In this document: one piece after another, positions 1-7,970 of the stretch
Numbering within the stretch: the stretch's first letter is position 1
How the letters are laid out: the number at the start of each line of letters is the position of its first letter
Assembly: GCA_027488055.1 (NCBI GenBank)
Contig: JAIYCK010000287.1
Span: 1 to 42,611 of the forward strand
Origin: Flavobacteriales bacterium
GTDB lineage: Bacteria; Bacteroidota; Bacteroidia; Flavobacteriales_D; Sanyastnellaceae
Direction of reading: 5' to 3'
Length of the DNA: 42,611 bases
Made by a program: the position numbers and the translations under genes
The notes under the pieces: model-generated
The model's input: the letters and a program-made list of their open reading frames with translations, nothing else
Told to the model about the DNA's origin: nothing
Databases searched by the model: none

Positions 1-69
1 CATGCAGGTTCTGACTAGTTCAAAAAAAAACGAACGGACATTTCACAACCTCTAGAAATGCTTCTGGGA

Positions 70-1527
70 TTAGTCTTTGAGCATTTTTTCCCATTTGCTA
101 ACCGCCACGGTGGCAATGGCATTGCCCACCACATTTGTAGCACTTCGGCCCATGTCCAGCACATGATCCACGCCCAATAACAAAAGCAGACCGGCTTCAG
201 GTATACCGAATGTTGCGAGGGTGCCAGCGATTACGACCAACGAAGCGCGCGGCACACCAGCTATGCCCTTGCTAGTGACCATCAAGGTCAATAACATCAG
301 CATTTGTTCTCCGATGGGCATATCGATGCCGTAACTCTGTGCGATGAAAAGACTGGCAAAGGTCATATACATCATGCTGCCATCGAGGTTGAAGCTATAG
401 CCCAAAGGCAGAGTAAAGCTGACAATTTTATTGTTGCAACCAAATCGTTCCAACTCTTCCATGAGCTTCGGATAGGCTGATTCGCTTGAAGCCGTTGAGA
501 ATGCCAGAAGAAGCGGTTCTTTGATCCGAGAAAACAAGGTTTTGATTCGTCTTTTAATCAATAAATAACCAACTAGAAACAAGAAAACCCAAAGCAGCAA
601 TAGGCCCAAATAAAATTCTCCAATGAATAGAGCGTAAGTGCCGAGCACAGCTAGCCCTTTTTTGGCAACTACCGATGCCATTGCTGCGAATACTGCGAAT
701 GGAGCCAGGTACATGACCATACCAGTTATTTTGAGCATCACATGGCCTACAGCATCCAGTGCCTTAATGAGGACTTCTCCTGGCTTGCCTATGGCCGCTG
801 TTGCAATACCGAATAACAATGAAAATACGACAATTTGCAGTATTTCATTTTTGGCCATCGACTCGAATGCGTTATGCGGCACGATATGGGTAATGAAACC
901 TTTGAGAGTCATGGCGCCTTTATCTATACCGGATTCCATCAATGCGGAAGGCTTTTCCACATTCATCATCAGTCCGGGCTGAAATAGGTTGACCAAGACA
1001 CAACCTAAAAGCAAAGAAATAAAAGAGGCCGAAATAAACCAAAGCATGGTCTTGCCACCGATTCGACCCACAGCGTTGAGATCTCCGAGTTTCGCCACAC
1101 CAACTACCAAAGTAGAGAAAACCAAAGGTGCAATAATCATCTTGATCAGGCTGAGAAATATTTCTGTGAAAATGGAGATGTATTCCAAAACTTTTTTCAA
1201 CGTTCCGTGCATGACCTCATCTTTCTCAGCCGCTTTAGCTAAACGCTCGTTGATAGGCTTCTGTTTTTTTTCGGCCATGATGTGCCCCGCTGCCTGCTCC
1301 CATTTGGACTTGGCAGATAAGGTACTGTCGGCCAGCGTGCGTTCTATCTTGGTTTTGAGTACAAGGTCTTGCGACATCGCAACCATTTCGGCCTCGATCC
1401 CGGTCAAGGCTTCCTCATAACTTTTGGCCTTTTGAGGCGGATACATTTGATTGAGAGCAGCACCAACCACAACACCTATTATCAAGGCGATGAAGATCCA
1501 AAGGGTAAGTTTATTTGATTTGGTCAT
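70..1527 (-). CDS. Dicarboxylate/amino acid:cation symporter (DAACS/SDF family), 485 aa, with an atypical ~85-aa insertion between TM1 and TM2
   Basis: Taken from ORF 70..1569. Family-type motifs are present: IIAPLVFSTLVVGVAKLG, FSTASSESAYP (HP1 serine motif), NLDGSMMY, and VDHVLDMGRSATNVVGNA. I moved the start to ATG 1525-1527 (MTKSNKLTLWIFIALIIGVV), which opens directly into TM1. Confidence 0.85.
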   Translation of the reverse strand: MTKSNKLTLWIFIALIIGVVVGAALNQMYPPQKAKSYEEALTGIEAEMVAMSQDLVLKTKIERTLADSTLSAKSKWEQAAGHIMAEKKQKPINERLAKAAEKDEVMHGTLKKVLEYISIFTEIFLSLIKMIIAPLVFSTLVVGVAKLGDLNAVGRIGGKTMLWFISASFISLLLGCVLVNLFQPGLMMNVEKPSALMESGIDKGAMTLKGFITHIVPHNAFESMAKNEILQIVVFSLLFGIATAAIGKPGEVLIKALDAVGHVMLKITGMVMYLAPFAVFAAMASVVAKKGLAVLGTYALFIGEFYLGLLLLWVFLFLVGYLLIKRRIKTLFSRIKEPLLLAFSTASSESAYPKLMEELERFGCNNKIVSFTLPLGYSFNLDGSMMYMTFASLFIAQSYGIDMPIGEQMLMLLTLMVTSKGIAGVPRASLVVIAGTLATFGIPEAGLLLLLGVDHVLDMGRSATNVVGNAIATVAVSKWEKMLKD

Positions 1528-1623
1528 AGGTCGTATTTGAGCGAGCAAGTTAGGCAAAATGGAGCACATTCAAATCCAACCTTGAAGGAACAAGGATTGC
1601 AGTACCTTTAGAAAAAATGAATC

Positions 1624-3420
1624 ATGAGGGGCAGATGGACGAGCAGTGCACATATTCAATGGTCGCTGTGGAGTGTCATCGTTTGTTGGGTCATATTGTT
1701 TTTCTTCCGATTTCATCCCATTCACGATAAACCAATTTCTTGGGATGCCTTGGGTTACTACCTACCTCTTGCCTTCACCTGCATACATCATGATCCGCTG
1801 CTCACTGACAAGGCTTGGCTTGAAGAAAGAAATGCCCGAGATGATCTCACGGGCACACTCTACCAAATCACCATTTCCCCTGAGGGCAAAGACATGTATT
1901 TCTTTTTGTTCGGATGGAGTTATTGTTATGCCCCATTCTTTGGTATTGGTCACCTCGCGGCAATCGCGTTCGCCTATCCTGCCGATGGATTTAGCTGGCC
2001 CTACCAATTGGCGCTCACGGCTGGTGGGCTCATATACTTGGCCATAGGGCTGTTTTTTTGGCGAAAAATACTGCGTACCTATTTTGACGATCGAACTACA
2101 GCGATCACCATTTTTTGTATAGTTATAGGGACCAATTTTGTCAATCATCTTAGTATTGATAATCTATCCACCGTCAATTTGCTTTTCATGTGGATGGCAG
2201 TATTGATTTGGAATACCTCTGCATGGTACCGCACGGGCAAGGGGAAACACCTAGTTGGAATCCTATTTTCGTGGGGTATTATGACCTTGATCAAGCCAAG
2301 TGAAACCTTGGTATGTCTGATTCCTTTGTTGTGGAAAGCAGAATGGAATATGCCTGTTACGTGGCTTTCCGCTTTTCGACTCGCCTTTCGTACCCCCAAA
2401 TACTTGGTCATTGGAATAGGGTGTGTGCTTTTGCTTCTGACTCCGCAAGTGACGTATTGGTATACCATGACGGGACAATTACTCTTTGATAGTTATCAGA
2501 ACGCTGGAGTGGGGCTTGATTGGTTGCATCCACACTTTATGGATGTGCTTTTTAGCTATCGCAAAGGATGGTTTGTCTATACACCGATTATGATGTTCGC
2601 ATGTATAGGATGGGTGTGGTTTCGGCGCAGCAATCCGATGGAGGGCAGTGCACTCATGTGGAGTTTTTTGGTATTTTTCTATGTGGTTGCCTCTTGGACC
2701 GAATGGTGGTATGGAGGTGGTTTTTCGCAGCGCACGTTGATCCCCAGCTATGTTATCTTGTCGCTGGGCTTCGCTGCTTTCGTGCGATTTGTATTCAATC
2801 GTGCCACATGGATACGTATAGCATTGGCATTCGTTTGTGTGTTGCTAATAGGACTCAACCAATTCCAGTGGTGGCAATTCAAAAAAGGGATCCTTGATCC
2901 GTATCGCACGACAGAACGTTATTTCAAAGCCGTTTGGCTAAAGACGGCAGCACCGCCCAATGGTGATCTACTCAAATTGGTTCAACGCAATTTCAATGAC
3001 GAGTTGACATTTGATTCAGCTCATTATCGTTTGAAAACGATCCTCTACCCCACTCCACAGATGCAAATAGATACAGCGCTCTCGCAAGAGGAGTGGGCCT
3101 ATGACATGAATATTCCTTTCAATGAACTCACGGATTCGGATCATCTTTGGTTGATGATCGATGCGGAGTTGGAGTGGGGTAGCTTCGCTACCGATTTGCC
3201 GCTTTTGGTGTTTTACGTCAAGCACAATGGAGTATATGGATACCGAGCAATGCCATTTCAACGCAACGATTCAAGTTCTTTCTCCACGAAAAGTTTTATC
3301 TATCTCACGCCAGAATTACGCGATCATAGAGATGTCATTGGTACCCATATCTGGAATCGTAGCAAAGTGCCTTTTAGGGTCAAGCAATGGCAATTGAAAG
3401 TATATGAGCCCATTGAATAG
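1624..3420 (+). CDS. Polytopic membrane protein, possibly a GT-C-type (PMT/ArnT-like) glycosyltransferase, with a ~190-aa C-terminal soluble domain
   Basis: 598-aa ORF with many hydrophobic, aromatic-rich segments. The first loop after TM1 carries an Asp motif (PISWDALGYYLPL), as in GT-C enzymes. No exact family was recognised. The coding call is firmer than the functional call. Confidence 0.55.
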   Translation: MRGRWTSSAHIQWSLWSVIVCWVILFFFRFHPIHDKPISWDALGYYLPLAFTCIHHDPLLTDKAWLEERNARDDLTGTLYQITISPEGKDMYFFLFGWSYCYAPFFGIGHLAAIAFAYPADGFSWPYQLALTAGGLIYLAIGLFFWRKILRTYFDDRTTAITIFCIVIGTNFVNHLSIDNLSTVNLLFMWMAVLIWNTSAWYRTGKGKHLVGILFSWGIMTLIKPSETLVCLIPLLWKAEWNMPVTWLSAFRLAFRTPKYLVIGIGCVLLLLTPQVTYWYTMTGQLLFDSYQNAGVGLDWLHPHFMDVLFSYRKGWFVYTPIMMFACIGWVWFRRSNPMEGSALMWSFLVFFYVVASWTEWWYGGGFSQRTLIPSYVILSLGFAAFVRFVFNRATWIRIALAFVCVLLIGLNQFQWWQFKKGILDPYRTTERYFKAVWLKTAAPPNGDLLKLVQRNFNDELTFDSAHYRLKTILYPTPQMQIDTALSQEEWAYDMNIPFNELTDSDHLWLMIDAELEWGSFATDLPLLVFYVKHNGVYGYRAMPFQRNDSSSFSTKSFIYLTPELRDHRDVIGTHIWNRSKVPFRVKQWQLKVYEPIE

Positions 3421-3503
3421 TTGAGAATATAAAATTTTGAAGAATCCAAGGGTTGGAAGTCACGCCGTTTTCAGTTACTTTTCACCACAGAACGAATGGC
3501 CCT

Positions 3504-4277
3504 ATGACAATCAAAAAAATCAAAGCACTCATTATTGATGATGAAGAGTTTGCGCGAGAAAACCTGCGCATGATCATTGAGGACTACTGTCCAGATGTGG
3601 AGCTGATAGGTTGCGCTGCATCTGCAGAGCAGGCCAGAGCGCTGCTGCAGACCGAAACCCCCCATTTGATTTTTTTGGATATCATGATGCCTGGGGAAGA
3701 TGGTTTTATGTTTCTCCAATCGCTTTCTGTTCGTAATTTTCATGTGGTATTTACCACGGCGTTCCGCGATTATGCGCTCAAGGCCATCAAGGAAAATGCC
3801 TTGGACTACTTGGAAAAACCGATCGACATTGAGGAACTGCAAAAGGTGGTGGTCCGAGTGCGTGAATTGGAGGAAAAAAAAACACCTCTCCTCACGGAAG
3901 ATAGAGTGACACGCGTGCTAGAAAGTATTGCACTCAACAACACCGTAGAAAAAACTGTGGTGCCTACCAAAGATGGATTGGCGGTCCTAAAAAATACGGA
4001 AATTATCTATTTGGAGGCGGATGAGAACTATACCACCCTGTATGTATTAGGCGGCAAGAAATATGTGAGCAGCAAAGGAATCAAGGCATTTGAAGAAAAA
4101 TTGGATTCTCAAATGTTCTTCAGGCTGCACAAATCATTTATCATCAATATTGCCCACCATCTCAAGGAGTTCAATCGCACCGAAGGCAATATGGCTATAT
4201 TGAGCAACGGCGCGCAAGTACCAGTGAGTCGGCGCAAGTTGCAAGAATTTTTGGATCGATTAATTTCAGATCATTGA
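3504..4277 (+). CDS. LytTR-family response regulator (REC + LytTR DNA-binding domain), 257 aa
   Basis: REC motifs are KALIIDDEE, the phospho-acceptor context LIFLDIMMPGEDG, and the conserved K in LDYLEKP. The C-terminal LytTR-like region includes IIYLEADENYTTLY and FFRLHKSFIINI. Start set at ATG 3504 (MTIKKIKALIIDD). Confidence 0.9.
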   Translation: MTIKKIKALIIDDEEFARENLRMIIEDYCPDVELIGCAASAEQARALLQTETPHLIFLDIMMPGEDGFMFLQSLSVRNFHVVFTTAFRDYALKAIKENALDYLEKPIDIEELQKVVVRVRELEEKKTPLLTEDRVTRVLESIALNNTVEKTVVPTKDGLAVLKNTEIIYLEADENYTTLYVLGGKKYVSSKGIKAFEEKLDSQMFFRLHKSFIINIAHHLKEFNRTEGNMAILSNGAQVPVSRRKLQEFLDRLISDH

Positions 4278-4303
4278 ATAGATTAGGACAAATACGTGTG
4301 AGT

Positions 4304-7291
4304 ATGAAAAACCGAATGAACATTCGGTTCATTTTGCTGATAGCCTTTTTGCGATGTGTACCAGCGTGCGCTCAACAATACAACTATTTGCATTATGGCC
4401 TCAAAGAAGGCTTGGTTCAATCACAAGTGAAAACGCTTTTTCAAGACAGCCAAGGGTTTTTATGGGCTGGAACGGTAGGTGGTGTATCCCGTTTTGATGG
4501 CAAGCAATTTAGAAACTATACGCGCCAAGAGGGTTTGCTAAGCAATCAGGTCAATGTCATTGTTGAAGATAAAATGGGCACCGTCATCATTGGTGGAAGT
4601 GGATGTATTTCTTTCATCGATGGATTGGGAGTGCGCAATGTAATTTTGCCTGCGCCATTGGAGGAGGCCACGGTCAATGCGTTGTTCAAACAGGGTGATA
4701 CTTTATGGGTAGGCACAGAACGTGGCCTATGCTACATTCAAGGAGGGGTAGCCACCTTGTCCGAAACGTTGCTGCGTGAGGCACACATCAAGGCGATCGT
4801 TCCGGGTTCTACAGACCAAGCAATGCTGGTATTGACCAAGGAGAGTTTGTACAAATTGCAAAACAAGGACTTGGTCCTTCATTATGCACCCATGCTCAGT
4901 ACCACTCAGTTTTTTGATATGGTGGAAGCACAGGACGGTGGGGTATGGCTTGCCACTAAGGGTGAGGGGTTGATCAAGCTGTCCAGTGATGGCACCAAAG
5001 CACAAAATTTTTTATCTCACTCGTCGCTTTTTACGACAAATATTACGTCGGTGGTGACCGAGGTAAATGGCAGTTTGTGGTTGTCCAGTCGCAATGGTTT
5101 TTTTCGATTCGATGGCGAACGATTTGAAGGGTATGATCAATCCAACGGTCTTGAGGTCACCGATGTCAGAGATCTCTTAGTAGACCGTGAGGGCAATTTG
5201 TGGATTGCAACCTATGGTGGGGGACTTTTGCGGTTGGCTTCTCGCGAGATGGTCAGTTATACCAAGAAGGACGGGCTTTTGGGCAATGCTGTCATGTCAG
5301 TTTTGGATGATGAGCAAGGAGGCTACTGGCTTAGCACCTTTGATGCGGGCCTGCATCGTTTGAGTGGCGATACCATTGTTTCGGTCGAGACAGGAGCTCG
5401 CAACTCGCGCACATGGTGTTCACTGAAAGATAGCAATGGACGATTTTGGTTTGGTACGAGCGATGGTTTGTTAATGAAATCAAGTGGTTGGAAGCTTTTC
5501 ACAGAGGAACAGGGCCTCAATGATAATTTGGTGTTGTCCCTGCTGGAGGATCTTCAAGGACGTATTTGGATTGGCACATCCAAAGGAGTGTGTTGGATGA
5601 GCGATGGCATTGCAAAACAACTTGACTTACCGGGTGCGCCTGCCAAGCGTATACGCGGAATGGCCTTGGACAAAGCAGGCGACATTTGGATTGCGGCATT
5701 GGATGGGGTTTTCAAATTTTCGAACGGCACATTTACCCACTATGACATGCAGTCAGGATTGCCGGAATTGTCTACCTATTGCATCGCGATTGATCCCCAC
5801 AACAGAGCGTGGGTAGGCACTGCTTTCGGTTTGTGCATGTGGACGGGCGATCGGTTCGAATCCCGATTGGTGTCAGAGGTCAATGGTGGCAATGTGATCA
5901 ACTTTATACAATTTAATCGAGGCAAGGTGTGGCTTGGCACCAATGAGGGATTATTTATGACCAAGGTGCGCGATGCATTATCCATTGGATCATATGATTT
6001 TGACCATTTCGATTTGGATGATGGTTTGATCAGCAACGAGACGAATTTGAATAGCGCTTACACCGATCAAATGGGGAGACTTTGGTTTGGGACATCTGAA
6101 GGACTCATGCTCATGCCGTCGGATCTATTGGAACGACCAGCTAGCATGGCTCCAGGTTTGCACTTGTATGATTTGCAGATCAACTTGACCGCACAACAAT
6201 GGGACGGATTCGGTCTAGAGCGCGACGATGTAACTGGACTGCCTATAGGGCTCCAATTGCAGCATTGGCAGAATGATCTTACTTTTTATTTTACAGGTGT
6301 TTCAATCACTTATCCAGCATCGGTCGAGTATCAATATATGCTGGAAGGATTGGATGAGGATTGGAAGCCAGTAACTCCCAATGCATTTGCAACCTACAGT
6401 GCATTGCCTCATCGCGACTACACTTTCGTGGTCAGGGCGAGGCACAAGGGAGGCGTATGGAGTGATCCTGTGCGCTACTCCTTTGGTGTAGCTGCGCCAT
6501 TTTGGTTACGTGGATGGTTTATATGCCTTGAGATTGTGTTGATTGGAGGAGCGCTGACTTGGTTGATTTGGAATCGCAATCGATCGATTCGAGAGCGCCG
6601 AGAGCGCGAGCTATTTGAAATGAAAAATAGAATGTTGGCGTTGGAGCAACAATCGCTCAATAGCAGTATGAATAGACATTTCATTTTCAATGCACTTAAT
6701 TCCATTCAGTATTATATCAATCGACAGGACCGACTGGCAGCCAATAAGTACCTCAGCGATTTTGCGCGGCTCATTCGTAAGAATTTGGACAGCAGTGAGG
6801 ATAATCTTACAAGTCTAGGCGACGAAATTGAGCGTTTGGAAATTTATTTGCGTTTGGAACACATGCGGTTCAAAGATAAATTCGAGTATACGGTAGAGGT
6901 AGATCCAGCATTGTCGCGCGATCGCATCAAGGTACCCGCCATGTTGATCCAACCGTTTTTGGAGAATAGTATTTGGCACGGACTGTTACCCAAAGAAGAT
7001 GGCGAAGTGGGTCGTCTAACGGTACATTTTTACCTCGAGCAGGGACATGTGGAACTTGAAATCATTGACAACGGAATAGGAATAGAAAGGAGTCTGCAGC
7101 GAAAAACGAGTGCTGACAATCACATCTCCAAAGGCATGGAGATCACTCAGAACCGCATAGACTTGATAAAAAAGACGACCGGAAAGACAATTGAACTTAT
7201 TGGGCCTCAGGATATTATGGATAAAAACGGAAAGTCGAAAGGCACAATCGTGAAAATAAAATTATCTGAAGATTTTCACGAACTTTTTTGA
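4304..7291 (+). CDS. Sensor histidine kinase: signal/TM segment, two-component-regulator beta-propeller repeats, Y_Y_Y domain, TM, LytS/YehU-type His_kinase + HATPase
   Basis: Propeller-type repeats recur (WAGTVGGVSRFDG, LWVGTERGLCYI, LWIATYGGGLLRL, IWIGTSKGVCWM, LWFGTSEGLMLM). The Y_Y_Y-like region reads VEYQYMLEGLDEDWKP...YTFVVRAR. A TM segment (FICLEIVLIGGALTWLIW) follows, then the H-box NRHFIFNALNSIQYYI and the N-box IQPFLENSIWHG. The ORF track opens at TTG 4274, overlapping the regulator stop. I prefer ATG 4304 (MKNRMNIRFILLIAFL). Confidence 0.9.
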   Translation: MKNRMNIRFILLIAFLRCVPACAQQYNYLHYGLKEGLVQSQVKTLFQDSQGFLWAGTVGGVSRFDGKQFRNYTRQEGLLSNQVNVIVEDKMGTVIIGGSGCISFIDGLGVRNVILPAPLEEATVNALFKQGDTLWVGTERGLCYIQGGVATLSETLLREAHIKAIVPGSTDQAMLVLTKESLYKLQNKDLVLHYAPMLSTTQFFDMVEAQDGGVWLATKGEGLIKLSSDGTKAQNFLSHSSLFTTNITSVVTEVNGSLWLSSRNGFFRFDGERFEGYDQSNGLEVTDVRDLLVDREGNLWIATYGGGLLRLASREMVSYTKKDGLLGNAVMSVLDDEQGGYWLSTFDAGLHRLSGDTIVSVETGARNSRTWCSLKDSNGRFWFGTSDGLLMKSSGWKLFTEEQGLNDNLVLSLLEDLQGRIWIGTSKGVCWMSDGIAKQLDLPGAPAKRIRGMALDKAGDIWIAALDGVFKFSNGTFTHYDMQSGLPELSTYCIAIDPHNRAWVGTAFGLCMWTGDRFESRLVSEVNGGNVINFIQFNRGKVWLGTNEGLFMTKVRDALSIGSYDFDHFDLDDGLISNETNLNSAYTDQMGRLWFGTSEGLMLMPSDLLERPASMAPGLHLYDLQINLTAQQWDGFGLERDDVTGLPIGLQLQHWQNDLTFYFTGVSITYPASVEYQYMLEGLDEDWKPVTPNAFATYSALPHRDYTFVVRARHKGGVWSDPVRYSFGVAAPFWLRGWFICLEIVLIGGALTWLIWNRNRSIRERRERELFEMKNRMLALEQQSLNSSMNRHFIFNALNSIQYYINRQDRLAANKYLSDFARLIRKNLDSSEDNLTSLGDEIERLEIYLRLEHMRFKDKFEYTVEVDPALSRDRIKVPAMLIQPFLENSIWHGLLPKEDGEVGRLTVHFYLEQGHVELEIIDNGIGIERSLQRKTSADNHISKGMEITQNRIDLIKKTTGKTIELIGPQDIMDKNGKSKGTIVKIKLSEDFHELF

Positions 7292-7321
7292 CCGAAGTGT
7301 TGTATAAATCAATAGATTACC

Positions 7322-7329
7322 TATATTTG
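7322..7329 (+). promoter_or_regulatory. Candidate Bacteroidota -7 promoter box (TATATTTG = TAnnTTTG) upstream of the acidic lipoprotein gene
   Basis: Exact TAnnTTTG match 22 nt upstream of ATG 7351. Confidence 0.3.
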
Positions 7330-7350
7330 TTAGACCATTATTGGATTTCA

Positions 7351-7650
7351 ATGACCACTTGGATAAAAAACATATCTTGTTTCTTGGTACTCATCCTCGC
7401 TTTGGCTTCTTGCTCAAAGGAGGCGATGTGGACTGAATGCGACGATGAGTTGAAAATCCAACGCACCTTGGAATCAGAAGAGGAGGTGGGTATCCCTAGT
7501 TTAGTGGGATCTGGAGAGGGTGATACGGAAATAGAAGAAGATATTTCTGACGACGACGATGAAGAGGATGACGATGATTTAGAAGATATTTCTGACGATG
7601 ACGATGAAGAAGATGACGATGAGGCGGAGTCGATCAAAGGAAAAAGATAG
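7351..7650 (+). CDS. Small hyper-acidic lipoprotein, 99 aa
   Basis: Signal peptide plus lipobox (FLVLILALASC). The mature part is dominated by D/E and contains a duplicated EDISDDDDEEDDD block. It lies 60 nt downstream of the kinase stop and is followed by a terminator. The longer ORF from 7288 uses a TTG and lacks a signal peptide at its N-terminus. Confidence 0.65.
   Translation: MTTWIKNISCFLVLILALASCSKEAMWTECDDELKIQRTLESEEEVGIPSLVGSGEGDTEIEEDISDDDDEEDDDDLEDISDDDDEEDDDEAESIKGKR
7537..7626 (+). repeat. 45-bp tandem duplication (2 copies) inside the acidic lipoprotein gene
   Basis: Copy 1 is 7537-7581 and copy 2 is 7582-7626. By direct alignment, 38 of the first 40 nt are identical and 39/45 overall. 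The repeat encodes EDISDDDDEEDDD twice. Confidence 0.9.
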
Positions 7651-7668
7651 TTTTTCGAAACGATATTA

Positions 7669-7693
7669 AAAGGAGCAAAAAGCTCCTTTTTTT
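7669..7693 (+). terminator. Rho-independent terminator after the kinase/lipoprotein genes
   Basis: aaaaGGAGC-aaaaa-GCTCCttttttt: a hairpin followed by a T-run, about 20 nt after stop 7650. Confidence 0.6.
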
Positions 7694-7890
7694 GTGCCCA
7701 TTTGCGGGCTCATTACATTGTTTAGTTGGGGTCTTATCATACTATGCAAAGCAACGAAACGATGCCAATGCAAGGCATATGCAGGCATAATTTGCGTTCA
7801 TTGGTATTGTCAAGGCGATGTGTCTTGACCATCTGGTCATCAGGCTAATTAGAGACAAGTAAAACAGCATGTCGGGATCGAATAAGCTCA

Positions 7891-7915
7891 AAAAAAAAGC
7901 CCCGCATAGCGGGGC
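7891..7915 (-). terminator. Rho-independent terminator of the 1246-aa cargo gene
   Basis: GCCCCGC-ata-GCGGGGC hairpin (7899-7915). The 8-A run at 7891-7898 becomes a U-run on the minus strand. It sits 55 nt downstream of stop 7971. Confidence 0.75.
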
Positions 7916-7970
7916 TTTTAAAATTATTTAAATCGATGCACTCAAGGTCTTTGTAGTGCGTCTGGATAAT

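Noticed and set aside
638-1420. Plus-strand ORFs of 114 and 143 aa inside the transporter gene
   Set aside because: They are antisense shadow ORFs of a well-supported DAACS CDS.
5853-5863. GGTTCGAATCC, the canonical tRNA T-loop 11-mer
   Set aside because: The flanks pair only if the loop is 8 nt (ATCGG/CCGAT). No acceptor-stem complement or anticodon arm is found upstream. The site also lies in frame inside the histidine kinase CDS, so I treat it as coincidental.
7338-7637. 99-aa minus-strand ORF encoding a poly-serine tract
   Set aside because: It is the mirror image of the GAn-rich acidic repeat. The plus-strand frame has a proper lipoprotein signal peptide and a terminator, and the minus-strand frame has neither.
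7744-7848. 34-aa basic ORF (MQSNETMPMQGICRHNLRSLVLSRRCVLTIWSSG) between the two terminators
   Set aside because: It is too short and featureless to support, and it has no promoter box upstream. The region is kept only as part of the low-interest spacer observation.
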